Part shown: positions 41,678 through 51,989 of the stretch, one piece after another
How positions within the stretch are numbered: the stretch's first letter is position 1
How the letters are laid out: every line of letters starts with the position of its first letter
Assembly: GCA_963772365.1 (NCBI GenBank)
Contig: CAVYXA010000001.1
Location: forward strand, 1,280,001-1,344,000
Reading direction: 5' to 3'
Length of the DNA stretch: 64,000 nt
Source: an uncultured Verrucomicrobiae bacterium
Lineage (GTDB): Bacteria; Verrucomicrobiota; Verrucomicrobiia; Chthoniobacterales; UBA10450
Program-made: the position numbers and the translations under genes
Notes under the pieces: generated by a model
Databases searched by the model: none
Seen by the model: only the letters and a program-made list of their open reading frames with translations
Told to the model about the DNA's origin: nothing

Positions 41678-43339
41678 ATGCCCGCTACCCTGAGCTTATT
41701 GCGAATCAAAAATCTTGCGCTGGTGGAAGAGCTCGAGTGGGAACTCGCACCCGGTTTCATTGCCGTGACTGGCGAAACCGGCGCGGGCAAATCGATTATC
41801 ATCGGAGCGCTTCAACTTTTGCTCGGCGAGCGCGCGGACAAATCGCTCATTCGCACTGGGGCGGATCAATGCACGGTCGAAGCGATTTTCAGCGGAAAAG
41901 AATTACGCAAGTTGAACCCGCAGCTTGTCGAAGCTGGCGCCGAACCGTGCGAGGACGATCTCATCATCAAACGAACATTCTCGGCCACCGGCGGCACTCG
42001 CCAATTCATCAATGGCTCGCCGACGACGTTGTCGATCTTGAAGAATCTTGGTGATGAACTTGTCGATCTTCACGGACCGCACGATCATCAGTCTCTTCTC
42101 TCGCCCGAGAAGCAACTGGGCTTGCTCGATTCCTTCGCCCGAGCCGAAGCCGATCTCGCTGAATATCGGAAGCGTTACTCCGAACTGCAGAACTTGCTGG
42201 CCGAACACACCGCACTCAATACCGCTGAGACCGCCCGGGAACAGGAGCTCGATTTGCTTCGACATCAGATTGGCGAAATTTCCGCGGCTAAACTCGCGGC
42301 CGGCGAAGAAGAAGAAATCGAGACGCGTTACAAACTGGCCAGCAACAGCAAACGTTTGATCGAGCTGGCCAGCGCCGTCGCTCGCAGGTTGTCCGAAGCC
42401 GATGATTCGGTTCTATCACAGCTGGCCGAAACCCAGCGACTGTTGCGCGAGCTGGAGAAGATCGATAGTTCCATCGCACAGTTCTCATCGGCGCACGCTG
42501 CCAGCGTGGTCGAGCTCTCGGAGATCGCCCGAGCACTTTCGAATTACGCAGAAAAGCTCGATCTCGATCCGGAACAACTCGCGGCTCTCGAGCAGCGCGT
42601 TTCCCTGTTCGAGACTTTGAAACGCAAATACGGCGGTTCGATTTCCGAAGTGATCGCCTTTGGCGAACGGGCGGCTGAGCGAATGCGGAAGATCGAAGGA
42701 CGCGACACGGAGTTGGAACGTTTGGCAGCGGAGATCGAAAAAGTCCGCGAGCAAATGAATCGGGCCGGCGAAGCGCTGCGGAAGCTACGAACCAAGGCCG
42801 CGCCGAAACTTTCCGTCACAATTCGCAAGAACCTTGTCGATCTTGGGTTTCGCCAATCGGAATTCGAAGTGAAGCTCGATGCTCTGGAAAATCCGCGCGC
42901 CATCGGGTTTGATTCCGTTGAATTGCTGTTTTCACCCAACCCGGGCGAGCCGTTGAAACCGCTGCGGGTAATCGCTTCCAGCGGGGAAATTTCGCGCCTC
43001 ATGCTGGCCATCAAATCCGCGCTGGCCGCACATGACGCGGTCCCGTTACTGGTTTTTGACGAGATCGACACAAACGTGGGCGGAGAGATCGCAAATGCGG
43101 TCGGCGCGAAGATGAAAACGTTGGGGGACAAGCATCAAGTAATTTGCATCACGCATCTGCCTCAGGTCGCGTCGACAGCTTTCTCGCATTTTGTTGTGAC
43201 CAAGGAAGTAGTGCGCGGCCGCACTTACTCGCAACTTCGCGAGGTCACCGGCAAAGCACGGCGAGAAGAAATCGCCCGAATGCTCGGCGGAAAAAGCGAT
43301 TCGGCTTTGGAATTGGCTGCGACATTACTCAAACAATAG
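41678..43339 (+). CDS. recN: DNA repair protein RecN
   Basis: TGETGAGKS, DLHGPHDHQ, ASSGEISR, VFDEID, CITHLPQVA. Confidence 0.96.
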   Translation: MPATLSLLRIKNLALVEELEWELAPGFIAVTGETGAGKSIIIGALQLLLGERADKSLIRTGADQCTVEAIFSGKELRKLNPQLVEAGAEPCEDDLIIKRTFSATGGTRQFINGSPTTLSILKNLGDELVDLHGPHDHQSLLSPEKQLGLLDSFARAEADLAEYRKRYSELQNLLAEHTALNTAETAREQELDLLRHQIGEISAAKLAAGEEEEIETRYKLASNSKRLIELASAVARRLSEADDSVLSQLAETQRLLRELEKIDSSIAQFSSAHAASVVELSEIARALSNYAEKLDLDPEQLAALEQRVSLFETLKRKYGGSISEVIAFGERAAERMRKIEGRDTELERLAAEIEKVREQMNRAGEALRKLRTKAAPKLSVTIRKNLVDLGFRQSEFEVKLDALENPRAIGFDSVELLFSPNPGEPLKPLRVIASSGEISRLMLAIKSALAAHDAVPLLVFDEIDTNVGGEIANAVGAKMKTLGDKHQVICITHLPQVASTAFSHFVVTKEVVRGRTYSQLREVTGKARREEIARMLGGKSDSALELAATLLKQ

Positions 43340-43366
43340 TGAGTCGCACGTTCCGCGTTTGTCCGT

Positions 43367-43957
43367 TTATTTACTCGGAACGCCAAGCGCGAGGATCGTC
43401 TTTCCGAAGATGTCGTTGAGAACTTGGGCGAGGCCCGTATAAATGGCGGAGAAGCCGCAGAAAATTCCTTCGTAACCGGTGAAATGCCTGAAGCCGGGAC
43501 CGGCGTCCGTGAAGTCGCCGATGGCGAGCAGAAAGAACAAAAGCGTCAGCGAACCAAAGACGACTCGGGTAGCGACATACAGTTTGAGCGTGGCGATGAA
43601 CATGACAAAGGTGAACAGGCCCCACATTGCCAGATAGGCAGCCATGGCCGATTCAGCCGATGCCGTCGCCCATCCGATTTTCGGCATTACTATTAAAGCG
43701 ACGAGCGAAAACCAAAATAATCCATAGGAAATGAATGCGGTGGTGGCGAAGGTATTGCCTTTCCGCCATTCCATAATTCCGGCAATGATTTGGGCGATGC
43801 CACCGTAGAAAATCCCCATTGCCAAAATCATGCTGTTCAGTTCAAAGAAGCCCGCGTTATGACAGTTGAGCAGGACTGTAGTCATACCGAAGCCGAGCAG
43901 CCCGAGCGGCGCGGGATTACCCGTCGTGTCTTTGATTTGAGTGAGCCCTTCGTTCAT
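43367..43957 (-). CDS. satP: Acetate/succinate channel, GPR1/FUN34/YaaH family
   Basis: [33 protein letters not shown]. Confidence 0.92.
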   Translation of the reverse strand: MNEGLTQIKDTTGNPAPLGLLGFGMTTVLLNCHNAGFFELNSMILAMGIFYGGIAQIIAGIMEWRKGNTFATTAFISYGLFWFSLVALIVMPKIGWATASAESAMAAYLAMWGLFTFVMFIATLKLYVATRVVFGSLTLLFFLLAIGDFTDAGPGFRHFTGYEGIFCGFSAIYTGLAQVLNDIFGKTILALGVPSK

Positions 43958-44131
43958 GCGGGCAGTGTTGTAAGAACAACATCGACAATGCAAGGAGAAT
44001 GACGCAGGGAGAAACAGTCTCAAGTATTCCCGGCTACGAGGCTTCTCGGGCGGCGTTGTAGCGACGTAACTCTTTTAACGATTTAACTTGTCGGCAACGG
44101 AGCGCCGAAATTATCGTCGGTTCTTTCGAAC

Positions 44132-45313
44132 ATGATTCAGCGCGATTATCTCATCGTCGGCGGCGGTATCAGCGGGGCGAGCGTCTGTGAAGGCATTCGC
44201 AAATACGATAAGCGCGGATCGATCACTTTGGTCGGCGCCGAAGTTTTCCCGCCGTATCGACGCTGGATTCTCTCGAAAGATTTTCTGCGGGGCAAGACAG
44301 CCGAGCCCAAGAAGCTGATCGAGCACGATGAGCGATGGTATCGCGCTCATAAGGTCGAGGCCCGTTTTGGGACAATTGTCACTCAGTTCAATATCGACCG
44401 CCGGCTCGCAGTCCTGGCCAATGGTGAGAGCATCGAGTTCAAGAAAGCTTGCCTGGCCATGGGCAGCCGGCCCGCCCGGCCGACAGTGGCCGGCACAACT
44501 CTCGGCAATGTCATTTATTTGCGAACGATGCGCGACGCGCTCGCCCTGCGAGAAATGGCCGATCTGGAAAGGACAATCATGATTGTCGGCGGCGGCCTAC
44601 TCGCTTGCGAAGTCGCCGCCAGCCTGCGGCGAGTCAAACACAAGGTCAGCATGATGCATCGAGATGCCTCTTTGCTGGATCGGTATGTTGATCCTGAGAC
44701 TGGCACGTGGTTGACGGAATATTTTGCAAAGCACGGCGTCACCCTGCTAATGGGTGAAAGCTTGAACGGATTCGAGGGCAAAACTGTGCTGCGAAATATT
44801 CAAACCAAAAGCGGAAACCGCGTGCCGGCGGGTCTCGCCGTGGTGGCCTGCGGAGCGGAGCCGAATCTCGATCTTGTCCGGGGCACGCCGCTTTCGGGAC
44901 CGCACGGATCACCGGTAAATGATTTTCTCGAGACGGAAGAAAAAGGAATCTATGCGGTGGGCGATCTGGCGTTTTATCCCGATCGGTTGATGGGAGGAAT
45001 GCGGCGGCAAACGCACTGGGACAACGCGCGTGGGCAAGGCCTGGTGGCTGGCGCGAATATGACCGGCAAGAAACGAATCCGGTACGAACAGATTCCCTAT
45101 TTCTGGACGGAGATGTTCGATCTTCGAATGGACTTCGTGGGCGATTTCAGTATCCAACCTACTCGGGTCGACGTAACGGGCGCACGCGCGAAAAAGAAAT
45201 TTGTGATCCGTCATTTTCAAGGAGACAAATTGCGCGCGATCTTGTTGTGCTGTCAGCCGCAGCGCGAAGTGGACGCGGCCAAAAAACAATTGCGCCACGC
45301 AGTCCAAAAATAA
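44132..45313 (+). CDS. FAD/NAD(P)-dependent oxidoreductase (ferredoxin-reductase-like)
   Basis: IVGGGISG, PPYRR..LSK, IVGGGLLACE, IYAVGD, PYFWTEMF. Confidence 0.88.
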   Translation: MIQRDYLIVGGGISGASVCEGIRKYDKRGSITLVGAEVFPPYRRWILSKDFLRGKTAEPKKLIEHDERWYRAHKVEARFGTIVTQFNIDRRLAVLANGESIEFKKACLAMGSRPARPTVAGTTLGNVIYLRTMRDALALREMADLERTIMIVGGGLLACEVAASLRRVKHKVSMMHRDASLLDRYVDPETGTWLTEYFAKHGVTLLMGESLNGFEGKTVLRNIQTKSGNRVPAGLAVVACGAEPNLDLVRGTPLSGPHGSPVNDFLETEEKGIYAVGDLAFYPDRLMGGMRRQTHWDNARGQGLVAGANMTGKKRIRYEQIPYFWTEMFDLRMDFVGDFSIQPTRVDVTGARAKKKFVIRHFQGDKLRAILLCCQPQREVDAAKKQLRHAVQK

Positions 45314-45316
45314 TCG

Positions 45317-46210
45317 TCACGCCCGGGCCCGCTTTCGATACACCAGCAACGCGGCCGCAATATCTTCTACCGCCATCCCTAGCGATTTGAAGATTGTCGT
45401 TTCATCGGGACGCGCGGGGACCTTACCTGCAAGCGCTTCGCCGAGCTCGGCATAAATCTTCGCCCGGGAAAGAATGATGTCACCGGATTCCTTTTGTGCG
45501 CCTTCACGCGAATCGACAAAAACGAGATTTTGCATGGCTTCATCATCCAATTCGCGCCACTCGGGACGGCAAGCACCAACTGCATTGACGTGACAACCCG
45601 GCTTGAGCCATGCCCCACGCAAAACCGGCGTCTGTGAGCTTGTCACGGTCACGATTACATCCGCGCCGCGTACGGCATCTTCGGCCGCCATTGATGTTGC
45701 GCCGATTTCGACGGCGAATGTCTCAGCATTCTCTTTGGTTCGGCTCCAAACGCGAATTTCCTCGAATTTCCTCACCAGCCGTAGCGCTTCAACGTGACTC
45801 CGCGCTTGGACTCCACTTCCAAGAATGGCCAGGATTTTAGCGTCCGGTGATGCCAGAAGTCGGGTAGCCACAGCCGACACTGCCGCCGTCCGCATCTCGG
45901 TGATCAATCTCCCATCCATGACCACGAGAGGCGTGCCGGTCTTCGGATCGACAAGAAAGATCGTGGCCATGTGCGTGGGCAAACCGATCTCGGCATTTGG
46001 AGGATAAAACGTGACCACTTTGAGACCGAGTCCTTGCGAAAAGGCTGGCATGATTCCAAGAAAACCTCCCGGAGGATCGACAGCGATTATGGAGCGCACC
46101 GGCTGAATCACTCTGCCGGCAGAAAAATCGATCAGCGCTTTTTCCATGGCAGGAATCAGCTCCTGCATTCCCAGGTGCTGACGGACCACGCTCTCATCGA
46201 GAAATTCCAT
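45317..46210 (-). CDS. Ornithine cyclodeaminase/mu-crystallin family protein
   Basis: ITEMRTAAVS, ILGSGVQARSH, HVNAVGA, FKSLGMAVED. Confidence 0.92.
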   Translation of the reverse strand: MEFLDESVVRQHLGMQELIPAMEKALIDFSAGRVIQPVRSIIAVDPPGGFLGIMPAFSQGLGLKVVTFYPPNAEIGLPTHMATIFLVDPKTGTPLVVMDGRLITEMRTAAVSAVATRLLASPDAKILAILGSGVQARSHVEALRLVRKFEEIRVWSRTKENAETFAVEIGATSMAAEDAVRGADVIVTVTSSQTPVLRGAWLKPGCHVNAVGACRPEWRELDDEAMQNLVFVDSREGAQKESGDIILSRAKIYAELGEALAGKVPARPDETTIFKSLGMAVEDIAAALLVYRKRARA

Positions 46211-46276
46211 CACGTTTTGTAATATCGTGGAACAAGATGAGCTTTACAGAAAGCCAAACCTGTAGGAATTGAGAGG

Positions 46277-46702
46277 ATGCAGATGTTTTCAAGTCGCAAA
46301 CAGGAATCGCCGTCAGTCGAGACGCCAACGCCGGCCGCCCGACCGGAACAGTTCAACCGCACCACCCCGCCCACGCCGAACCGATCCGGTGGGATTTTGT
46401 CGAGGGGCGTCTCGATCAAGGGGACCGTGAAATTTAACAACGAACTTTTGATCGATGGTGAAGTGGAAGGCAAAATCCAGTCCACGGGAACTCTTACGAT
46501 CGGCGAGCACGCAAAGATTCGCGGTGAGATTCGGTCAAAGTCGGTGAAGGTGCGCGGAAACGTGGAAGGCAATATTTTTGCCACGGAACGTTGCGAGCTC
46601 CAGGCCGGGTGCACCTTGCGTGGCGACATCGAAGCTCCGCGCTTCGTTGTCGATGAAAACGCGGCTTTCCTCGGCAGCGCAAAAGTCGGAACACCGAAGT
46701 AA
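46277..46702 (+). CDS. Bactofilin (polymer-forming cytoskeletal protein)
   Basis: IKGTVKF..LLIDGEVEGKI..LTIG..VRGNVEGNI..GDI..A.F.G. Confidence 0.9.
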   Translation: MQMFSSRKQESPSVETPTPAARPEQFNRTTPPTPNRSGGILSRGVSIKGTVKFNNELLIDGEVEGKIQSTGTLTIGEHAKIRGEIRSKSVKVRGNVEGNIFATERCELQAGCTLRGDIEAPRFVVDENAAFLGSAKVGTPK

Positions 46703-46780
46703 CTCGGACAAGCGGGCGCGTCGGCAGGTTCCATCTGCATCCGCGCGTGACATCCGTCGGCAGGCGCAGATAATCCTGGA

Positions 46781-47887
46781 GTGGACAGACTCAATCTGCT
46801 CGGCGTCGGTCTCGGGCTAGCCTATCTCGCCGGGATCAATCTTTATCTCACGGTTTTTGCGACCGGGCTGGCGATTCATTTCCATTGGATCACCCTCGCG
46901 CCGGCCTATCAATCGCTGGATGTACTGGGCGATCCCGCGGTGATCATCTTCGCCGGCGTTCTCTACTTTCTGGAATTTTTTGCGGACAAGATTCCGTGGA
47001 TCGATTCGGCATGGGATAGCGTGCACACCGTGATCCGGCCAATTGGGGGAGCACTTCTCGCCATTCAAACACTTGGTCATCCTACTCCAGCGTTCGCGGT
47101 TATCGTCGGTCTTCTCGGAGGCGGTACCAGCCTGATCTCTCACACGGCGAAAGCAACGACTCGTCTCACCGCTAATACATCGCCCGAGCCGTTCTCAAAT
47201 ATAGCCCTGAGCCTGGCTGAAGACATCGCCGTGCTGGGCGGACTGGCTTTGATCCACTTCAATCCTCTGCTCGCATTGTCGATCTTTGTCCTGACGATTT
47301 TCGCCCTCCTCTACTTCGCGCCAAAAATGTTGCGGGCGATGAAGGCAAAGATCTGGCTGGCTTGGAAAAAATTAAATGGGCCGGCCGACCTCGACATGCC
47401 GGCCAAGCTCCCGATCGCTTTGCCTAACCGGTTCGCATCGATCTTTAACCGGCAAAATCTGCTCGGCGAAACGATTGCGTGGGCGGCGCCATGCATCAGC
47501 GGACGCGGCCGCCGAATTCCACCAAATCTGTTCGGCGCTCTGGTCGCAACCGACCAGGAGCCGCGAAAGCTTCACTTCGTCGGGCGCAAGAACGGTCGGC
47601 CTTTCTCGCAAACGATCGATCTCGATGGATCAATGATTACGCACGAGCCGAAATTTTTGTCCGAGAACCTGATCATTTTTCCGGCAGCTGGGAAGGGCCC
47701 GAAGTATTTGTTCGTTTTTCCGCGGTCGCAGGCCGCCCTGGTGGAAAAGATTGTGGAATATTTTCGGGGACATTTGTCCGCCGACAGTGGCATTGTTTCA
47801 TCCGCCCATTCTGTCGTGTTGAGCGAAGCGAAACATCTCGTCATCCCGAGCGAAGTCGAGGGATCCCGTCGCGGAACCTTGAGGTGA
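46781..47887 (+). CDS. DUF4126-like membrane protein with repeat-derived C-terminal tail
   Basis: AGINLY, EFFADKIPWIDSAWD..HTVIRP, SPEPFSN..LSLAED. Confidence 0.85.
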   Translation: MDRLNLLGVGLGLAYLAGINLYLTVFATGLAIHFHWITLAPAYQSLDVLGDPAVIIFAGVLYFLEFFADKIPWIDSAWDSVHTVIRPIGGALLAIQTLGHPTPAFAVIVGLLGGGTSLISHTAKATTRLTANTSPEPFSNIALSLAEDIAVLGGLALIHFNPLLALSIFVLTIFALLYFAPKMLRAMKAKIWLAWKKLNGPADLDMPAKLPIALPNRFASIFNRQNLLGETIAWAAPCISGRGRRIPPNLFGALVATDQEPRKLHFVGRKNGRPFSQTIDLDGSMITHEPKFLSENLIIFPAAGKGPKYLFVFPRSQAALVEKIVEYFRGHLSADSGIVSSAHSVVLSEAKHLVIPSEVEGSRRGTLR

Positions 47888-47933
47888 CGCCACGGGATTC
47901 TTCGACTCCGCTTCGCTACGCTCAGAATGACAG
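47811..47933. repeat. Compound GTCAT...ATGAC element, copy 4
   Basis: gtcgtgttgagcgaagcgaaacatctc gtcatcccgagcgaagtcgagggatccc ... gggattcttcgactccgcttcgctacgctcagaatgacag. Confidence 0.85.
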
Positions 47934-47992
47934 GTCCCGCCAGCAGCGACTTCGGAGTCGCCCTTTGCTGAAGCTTGCCCTACAACGGCGGG

Positions 47993-49366
47993 ATGCAATC
48001 GTCTCCCGCCGAGCGTTACCGCGAGCTTCGCGACACGACGCGCGTGAGGGAGTGCGCTCTTTTTCTTCCGTTGCGGGTGCCGAGCGAATTGGAGCTGCAA
48101 GCCCGCTGGTTTGCCGGCGATTTTGGCAAACAGTTTGTGACGCCTGACGGAGACAAGATCGACATCGTTCAATTCGGAACTTGGAACCGCGAAGCTGGGC
48201 CGGATTTTCGCGAGGCGGCGATCTCAGTTAACGGAGGGGACCCAACTCGTGGCAGTATCGAATTCGATCTGGTGGATCGAAACTGGGAGACACACGGTCA
48301 CGCCACTAATCTATCGTTCGAAGATGCCGTGCTTCATGTGTTCGTAGAAAAGAGCGACCGCGCTTTTTTCACTCGAACGAAGTCAAACCGCGAAGTGCGA
48401 CAATTGCAGGTTGATCCGAACGCGCTGCCCGAGAGCTTTAGCGCGAATATCCCGCTGGCCCGGCCGGGGCGATGTCAGGCGCCATTGAAAGATTTGCCGG
48501 AAGATCGAATCAACGAAATCCTGAGCGCGGCCGCGCAGTTTCGATTGCAGCAAAAAGCCGCCCGAATCCGCCGTAAGCTCGACAGTCATGGACGAGATGA
48601 AGCTGTTTTTCAGGAAATCGCGACGGCTTTAGGTTACAAACAAAACAAACTGCCATTCACTTTGCTGGCGCAACGCCTTCCTCTGAAACTTTTGCGCGAG
48701 AACATCGACAATTCCGAGGCCCTGCTTTTTGGCATGGCCGGTTTTCTTCGAAACGCCGATCTCGACGTTTACAAAAAATCGACGCGCCAATATGTGCGGC
48801 AACTCTGGGATCGGTGGTGGCCGCATCGCGACGAGTTCGAACGTTTGATCTTGCCGGGTAAACTCTGGCGGCTCAGCAGTTCGCGACCACTCAATCATCC
48901 GCAGCGCCGCCTGGCCGCGCTAGCCACGCTGGCACGGGAATGGTCCCGGTTTCAACGGGCTTCGGCGAAAAGCAGAGCCGACGCAGCCAACGATTTCTTT
49001 CACAGCCTGGAACACCCGTTTTGGAATTTTCATTACACGCTTACCGCTCCAGCCTCGCCCAAAAAGATGGCGCTGATCGGCGAATCACGAGTCGCGGATA
49101 TTCTGGCGAATGTTCTCTTCCCGTTTTGGTTGGCGGAAAATGCCGAGCCTTGGACGGAATACGTGAAATTGTCGGCGCGTTTATCCAATCGGAGATTGGA
49201 AATTGCCGCCACGCGATTGTTTGGAAACGATGATCGGCGGACGCAATTTTTGAAAACGGTCGCCCATCAACAGGGTTTGCTTCAGATTTATGAGGATTTT
49301 TGCATGCGAGACAATTCCGATTGTGCTCAGTGCCCATTTCCCGAGCAAATGGCAAAATGGACGTGA
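47993..49366 (+). CDS. DUF2851-like protein
   Basis: ELQARW, GTWNREAGPDF, WETHGH, LHV, RPLNHPQRRLA, QGLLQIY..FC..CAQC. Confidence 0.82.
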   Translation: MQSSPAERYRELRDTTRVRECALFLPLRVPSELELQARWFAGDFGKQFVTPDGDKIDIVQFGTWNREAGPDFREAAISVNGGDPTRGSIEFDLVDRNWETHGHATNLSFEDAVLHVFVEKSDRAFFTRTKSNREVRQLQVDPNALPESFSANIPLARPGRCQAPLKDLPEDRINEILSAAAQFRLQQKAARIRRKLDSHGRDEAVFQEIATALGYKQNKLPFTLLAQRLPLKLLRENIDNSEALLFGMAGFLRNADLDVYKKSTRQYVRQLWDRWWPHRDEFERLILPGKLWRLSSSRPLNHPQRRLAALATLAREWSRFQRASAKSRADAANDFFHSLEHPFWNFHYTLTAPASPKKMALIGESRVADILANVLFPFWLAENAEPWTEYVKLSARLSNRRLEIAATRLFGNDDRRTQFLKTVAHQQGLLQIYEDFCMRDNSDCAQCPFPEQMAKWT

Positions 49367-49442
49367 CCAGCGCAAGCATTCCGCGGCATCATTTCAGGGA
49401 ATTCTTGTACTAACAATAAAGACAAAACATAATTGCGACCCG

Positions 49443-50030
49443 ATGCCGACCCGGTTGAAATCTTCGAAAGGCTTCACTTTGCTGGAGCTCATGGTGGTCA
49501 TCCTTGTGATCGCCACATTGATGGCTCTGGCGGTTCCGGTTTATCAAGGCGTTCTGGAACGGGCGAGGAAAGTCCAGGCGAAAAACGACGTCACTCAGAT
49601 TGTGACCGCCATCAATGCTTACTATACGGAGTATGGTAAATACCCGGTTGCAGCCGATGACACGCCGATCACCGATAATGGCACTTTGTTTAATGCGTTG
49701 CGTGCCGTTACCGGGAGTGATTCTGATAACCTGCGAAAGATCGTCTTCATATCGCCTCCCAACGTGAAAAGTGACACCGTCGGAACCAGGCGAGGCGGCG
49801 TCAGTCCAACTGACGGCAACTATTACGACCCATGGGGGAATTCCTATCGCGTAGCGATTGATGGCACTTATGACAATCAAATCGCAAATCCGTACAACGC
49901 CGACAGCGGCGCTGGTCCAAGCCAACTAAGGCAAGGTGTCATCGTGTGGTCGCTGGGCAAAGACAACATGCTCGGAAAAGCTGGAGATAGCGTGTTCACG
50001 GGCTCCGACGACGTGATTTCGTGGCAGTGA
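49443..50030 (+). CDS. Prepilin-type N-terminal cleavage/methylation protein (pseudopilin-like)
   Basis: KG|FTLLELMVVILVIATL, DPWGNSY, VWSLGKD, DDVISW. Confidence 0.9.
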   Translation: MPTRLKSSKGFTLLELMVVILVIATLMALAVPVYQGVLERARKVQAKNDVTQIVTAINAYYTEYGKYPVAADDTPITDNGTLFNALRAVTGSDSDNLRKIVFISPPNVKSDTVGTRRGGVSPTDGNYYDPWGNSYRVAIDGTYDNQIANPYNADSGAGPSQLRQGVIVWSLGKDNMLGKAGDSVFTGSDDVISWQ

Positions 50031-50033
50031 ATG

Positions 50034-50104
50034 AGCGGGTGAAGGGAATCGAACCCTCGTATGCAGCTTGGGAAGCTGCCGTTCTACCATTGAACTACAC
50101 CCGC
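50034..50104 (-). tRNA. tRNA-Gly (CCC)
   Basis: GCGGGTGTAGTTCAATGGTAGAACGGCAGCTTCCCAAGCTGCATACGAGGGTTCGATTCCCTTCACCCGCT cloverleaf; CCA not encoded. Confidence 0.97.
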
Positions 50105-50258
50105 GGAGGAACGTTCGATGCTCGATGTTTGATGTCGGATTTGCAAGCGCCGATTGGTCGCCCATAGCGCCAATATTGGTTTGCCAAGAAAAGATCGACA
50201 GTGAGATAGTAACGAAACGCGGCGTCGCGTTATCGAAGGTGACGCCTCGATTTTCCTA

Positions 50259-50729
50259 ATGCCAGTCGATCTGCCGCAAACAACTCAAAGAATGGGAGGA
50301 CCACTGGTCAAACAGTTCTCCGTATTTCTCCCGAACAAGGTCGGTGCGATGCTCGACCTGGTGAAACTGCTTAATAGTCACGATACTCATGTGGTCGCAC
50401 TTAGCGTTTCCGAGTCGACGGATTCGGCCATCGCCCGAATCATCGTAAGCGATCCGCAGCGGGTGGAAAAGTTGTTGCGGGAAAACAACATTGCCTTTGG
50501 GCTGAGCGAAGTTGTTGTCGTCGAGTTGCACGAAGTGGCGACCCAACTGGTCAAGCTTCTTGCGGCGTTGTTCATGGCGGAAGTGAATGTGCACTTTACC
50601 TATCCGTTATTGACCAGACCACATGGATTCGCCGCTCTCGCTCTTCACGTGGATGACACCGATTGCGCCTCGTCGGTGCTGCTGAGCGAAGGATTCAAAA
50701 CGCTCAGTCAAAACGATATTTCCCGGTAG
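50259..50729 (+). CDS. Tandem ACT-domain protein
   Basis: VKQFSVFLPNKVG..ALSVSES.D.AIARIIV.DP; second repeat ..AEVNVHFTY. Confidence 0.82.
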   Translation: MPVDLPQTTQRMGGPLVKQFSVFLPNKVGAMLDLVKLLNSHDTHVVALSVSESTDSAIARIIVSDPQRVEKLLRENNIAFGLSEVVVVELHEVATQLVKLLAALFMAEVNVHFTYPLLTRPHGFAALALHVDDTDCASSVLLSEGFKTLSQNDISR

Positions 50730-50834
50730 AATTTCACACTACAGCCCCGGTTCTCCGGCCGGTTCGTTGGGATTTTTCCAAATTCAGTCTGACCGTGGCA
50801 TAAGCGAAGCTTTACCGATCACGTTCCCTGGCTT

Positions 50835-51173
50835 ATGAAACTATTCCGTAAGAGTAGTCCGGCACATCATTCCGTCGAGCCTCCTCCGATTCCCAGCTCG
50901 CTGGTGGTGCCGCCCAAGCCGACGATTTGTCTCAGCGCCGAGCAAAAAGCGATTCTGGAGCAACCTGTCGATCCTCGTGTGGACCGCATCCTGGGTGAAA
51001 TCTACGGCGAAAAGGCTGCGGCAGAACGGGCTCTCAAATCTCATCTTCGAATCGTCAAATTTCCCGACGCTCATTCCGAGGAGCGGCACGTCGTGCAGGA
51101 TAAAAACGGGTTCTGGCGAATCGTTCCGGGCCCGGCGCCGAACGAAAAAAGCGGTTTATTTGACGCGTTGTAG
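50835..51173 (+). CDS. Hypothetical protein
   Basis: 112-aa ATG ORF filling the gap; no recognisable motif. Confidence 0.55.
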   Translation: MKLFRKSSPAHHSVEPPPIPSSLVVPPKPTICLSAEQKAILEQPVDPRVDRILGEIYGEKAAAERALKSHLRIVKFPDAHSEERHVVQDKNGFWRIVPGPAPNEKSGLFDAL

Positions 51174-51202
51174 CAGCGCAATTCTCTTGCGGGGCGGGTC
51201 AA

Positions 51203-51883
51203 TCAATCCGCCGTTTGTTGGAGAAGAAACTCGGCCAGACGCAAATCGCGCGGATAAGTAATTTTGAGATTGCACTCTTTATTTAGGACGAGAGCTATCT
51301 TGTGACCGATGATTTCGACCGCTGATACTTCGTCAGTAACAGACAGTTCTTTCTCGGAGATCAGGCGATAAGCTTTCTCGAGTAAACTTCTCTCGAAGAT
51401 CTGAGGTGTTTGCATGGCATATAGATCGTGACGATCCACTGATCCAGTTACATTCAAATCAGCATCGGCGCGTTTGATTGTATCTCGGATCGGCTCGGCC
51501 AATGTCGCGGCGCCCGTCGCCCGAGCCTTTTGGTAAACAGATTCAATTTGTGACGGGCTAACGAGTGGTCGCGCTGCATCGTGGACGGCAACATATTTTA
51601 TTTCGCTGCCAAGCTTCGCCAAACCTGCCCGAACAGAATCTTGTCGATGTTCCCCTCCACGGACAATGGATCGCACTTTCGTAAAATTCTCCGCACGGAC
51701 CAGTTCTTCCATCTCGCGATGTCGATCCTCTCGGGCGACGACAAGAATTTCGCTGACCGATTTGGCCTTTTGAAACGCTGCGATAGCGTGCGCGACCACC
51801 GGTTTGCCGGCGATCTGGACAAATAATTTGTCGACAGCCATGCGACGACTGCTGCCGGCGGCGACCAGAATTACTGAAAGCAT
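51203..51883 (-). CDS. ispD: 2-C-methyl-D-erythritol 4-phosphate cytidylyltransferase
   Basis: AAGSSRRM, GGEHRQDSV, VHDAARP, QTPQIF, TDE, NLKITYP. Confidence 0.95.
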   Translation of the reverse strand: MLSVILVAAGSSRRMAVDKLFVQIAGKPVVAHAIAAFQKAKSVSEILVVAREDRHREMEELVRAENFTKVRSIVRGGEHRQDSVRAGLAKLGSEIKYVAVHDAARPLVSPSQIESVYQKARATGAATLAEPIRDTIKRADADLNVTGSVDRHDLYAMQTPQIFERSLLEKAYRLISEKELSVTDEVSAVEIIGHKIALVLNKECNLKITYPRDLRLAEFLLQQTAD

Positions 51884-51892
51884 CGTGGAGGT

Positions 51893-51988
51893 GTTAAAAC
51901 GCTGAACCGTTGAACCGGAATACAGCCATTGTCATTTTGAGCGAAGCGAAGAATGGAGCGAATGGAAATAACGTTTCAACGATTTAAC
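51893..51988. repeat. Gene-less 8-nt-unit inverted arms with a nested half GTCAT element (51929-51955)
   Basis: gttaaaacgctgaaccgtt vs aacgtttcaacgatttaac (16/19 complementary); inner ttgtcattttgagcgaagcgaagaat. Confidence 0.6.
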
Positions 51989-51989
51989 G

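Noticed and set aside
50034..50104. tRNA-anchored genomic island
   Set aside because: No integrase nearby and no duplicated tRNA 3' end was noticed.
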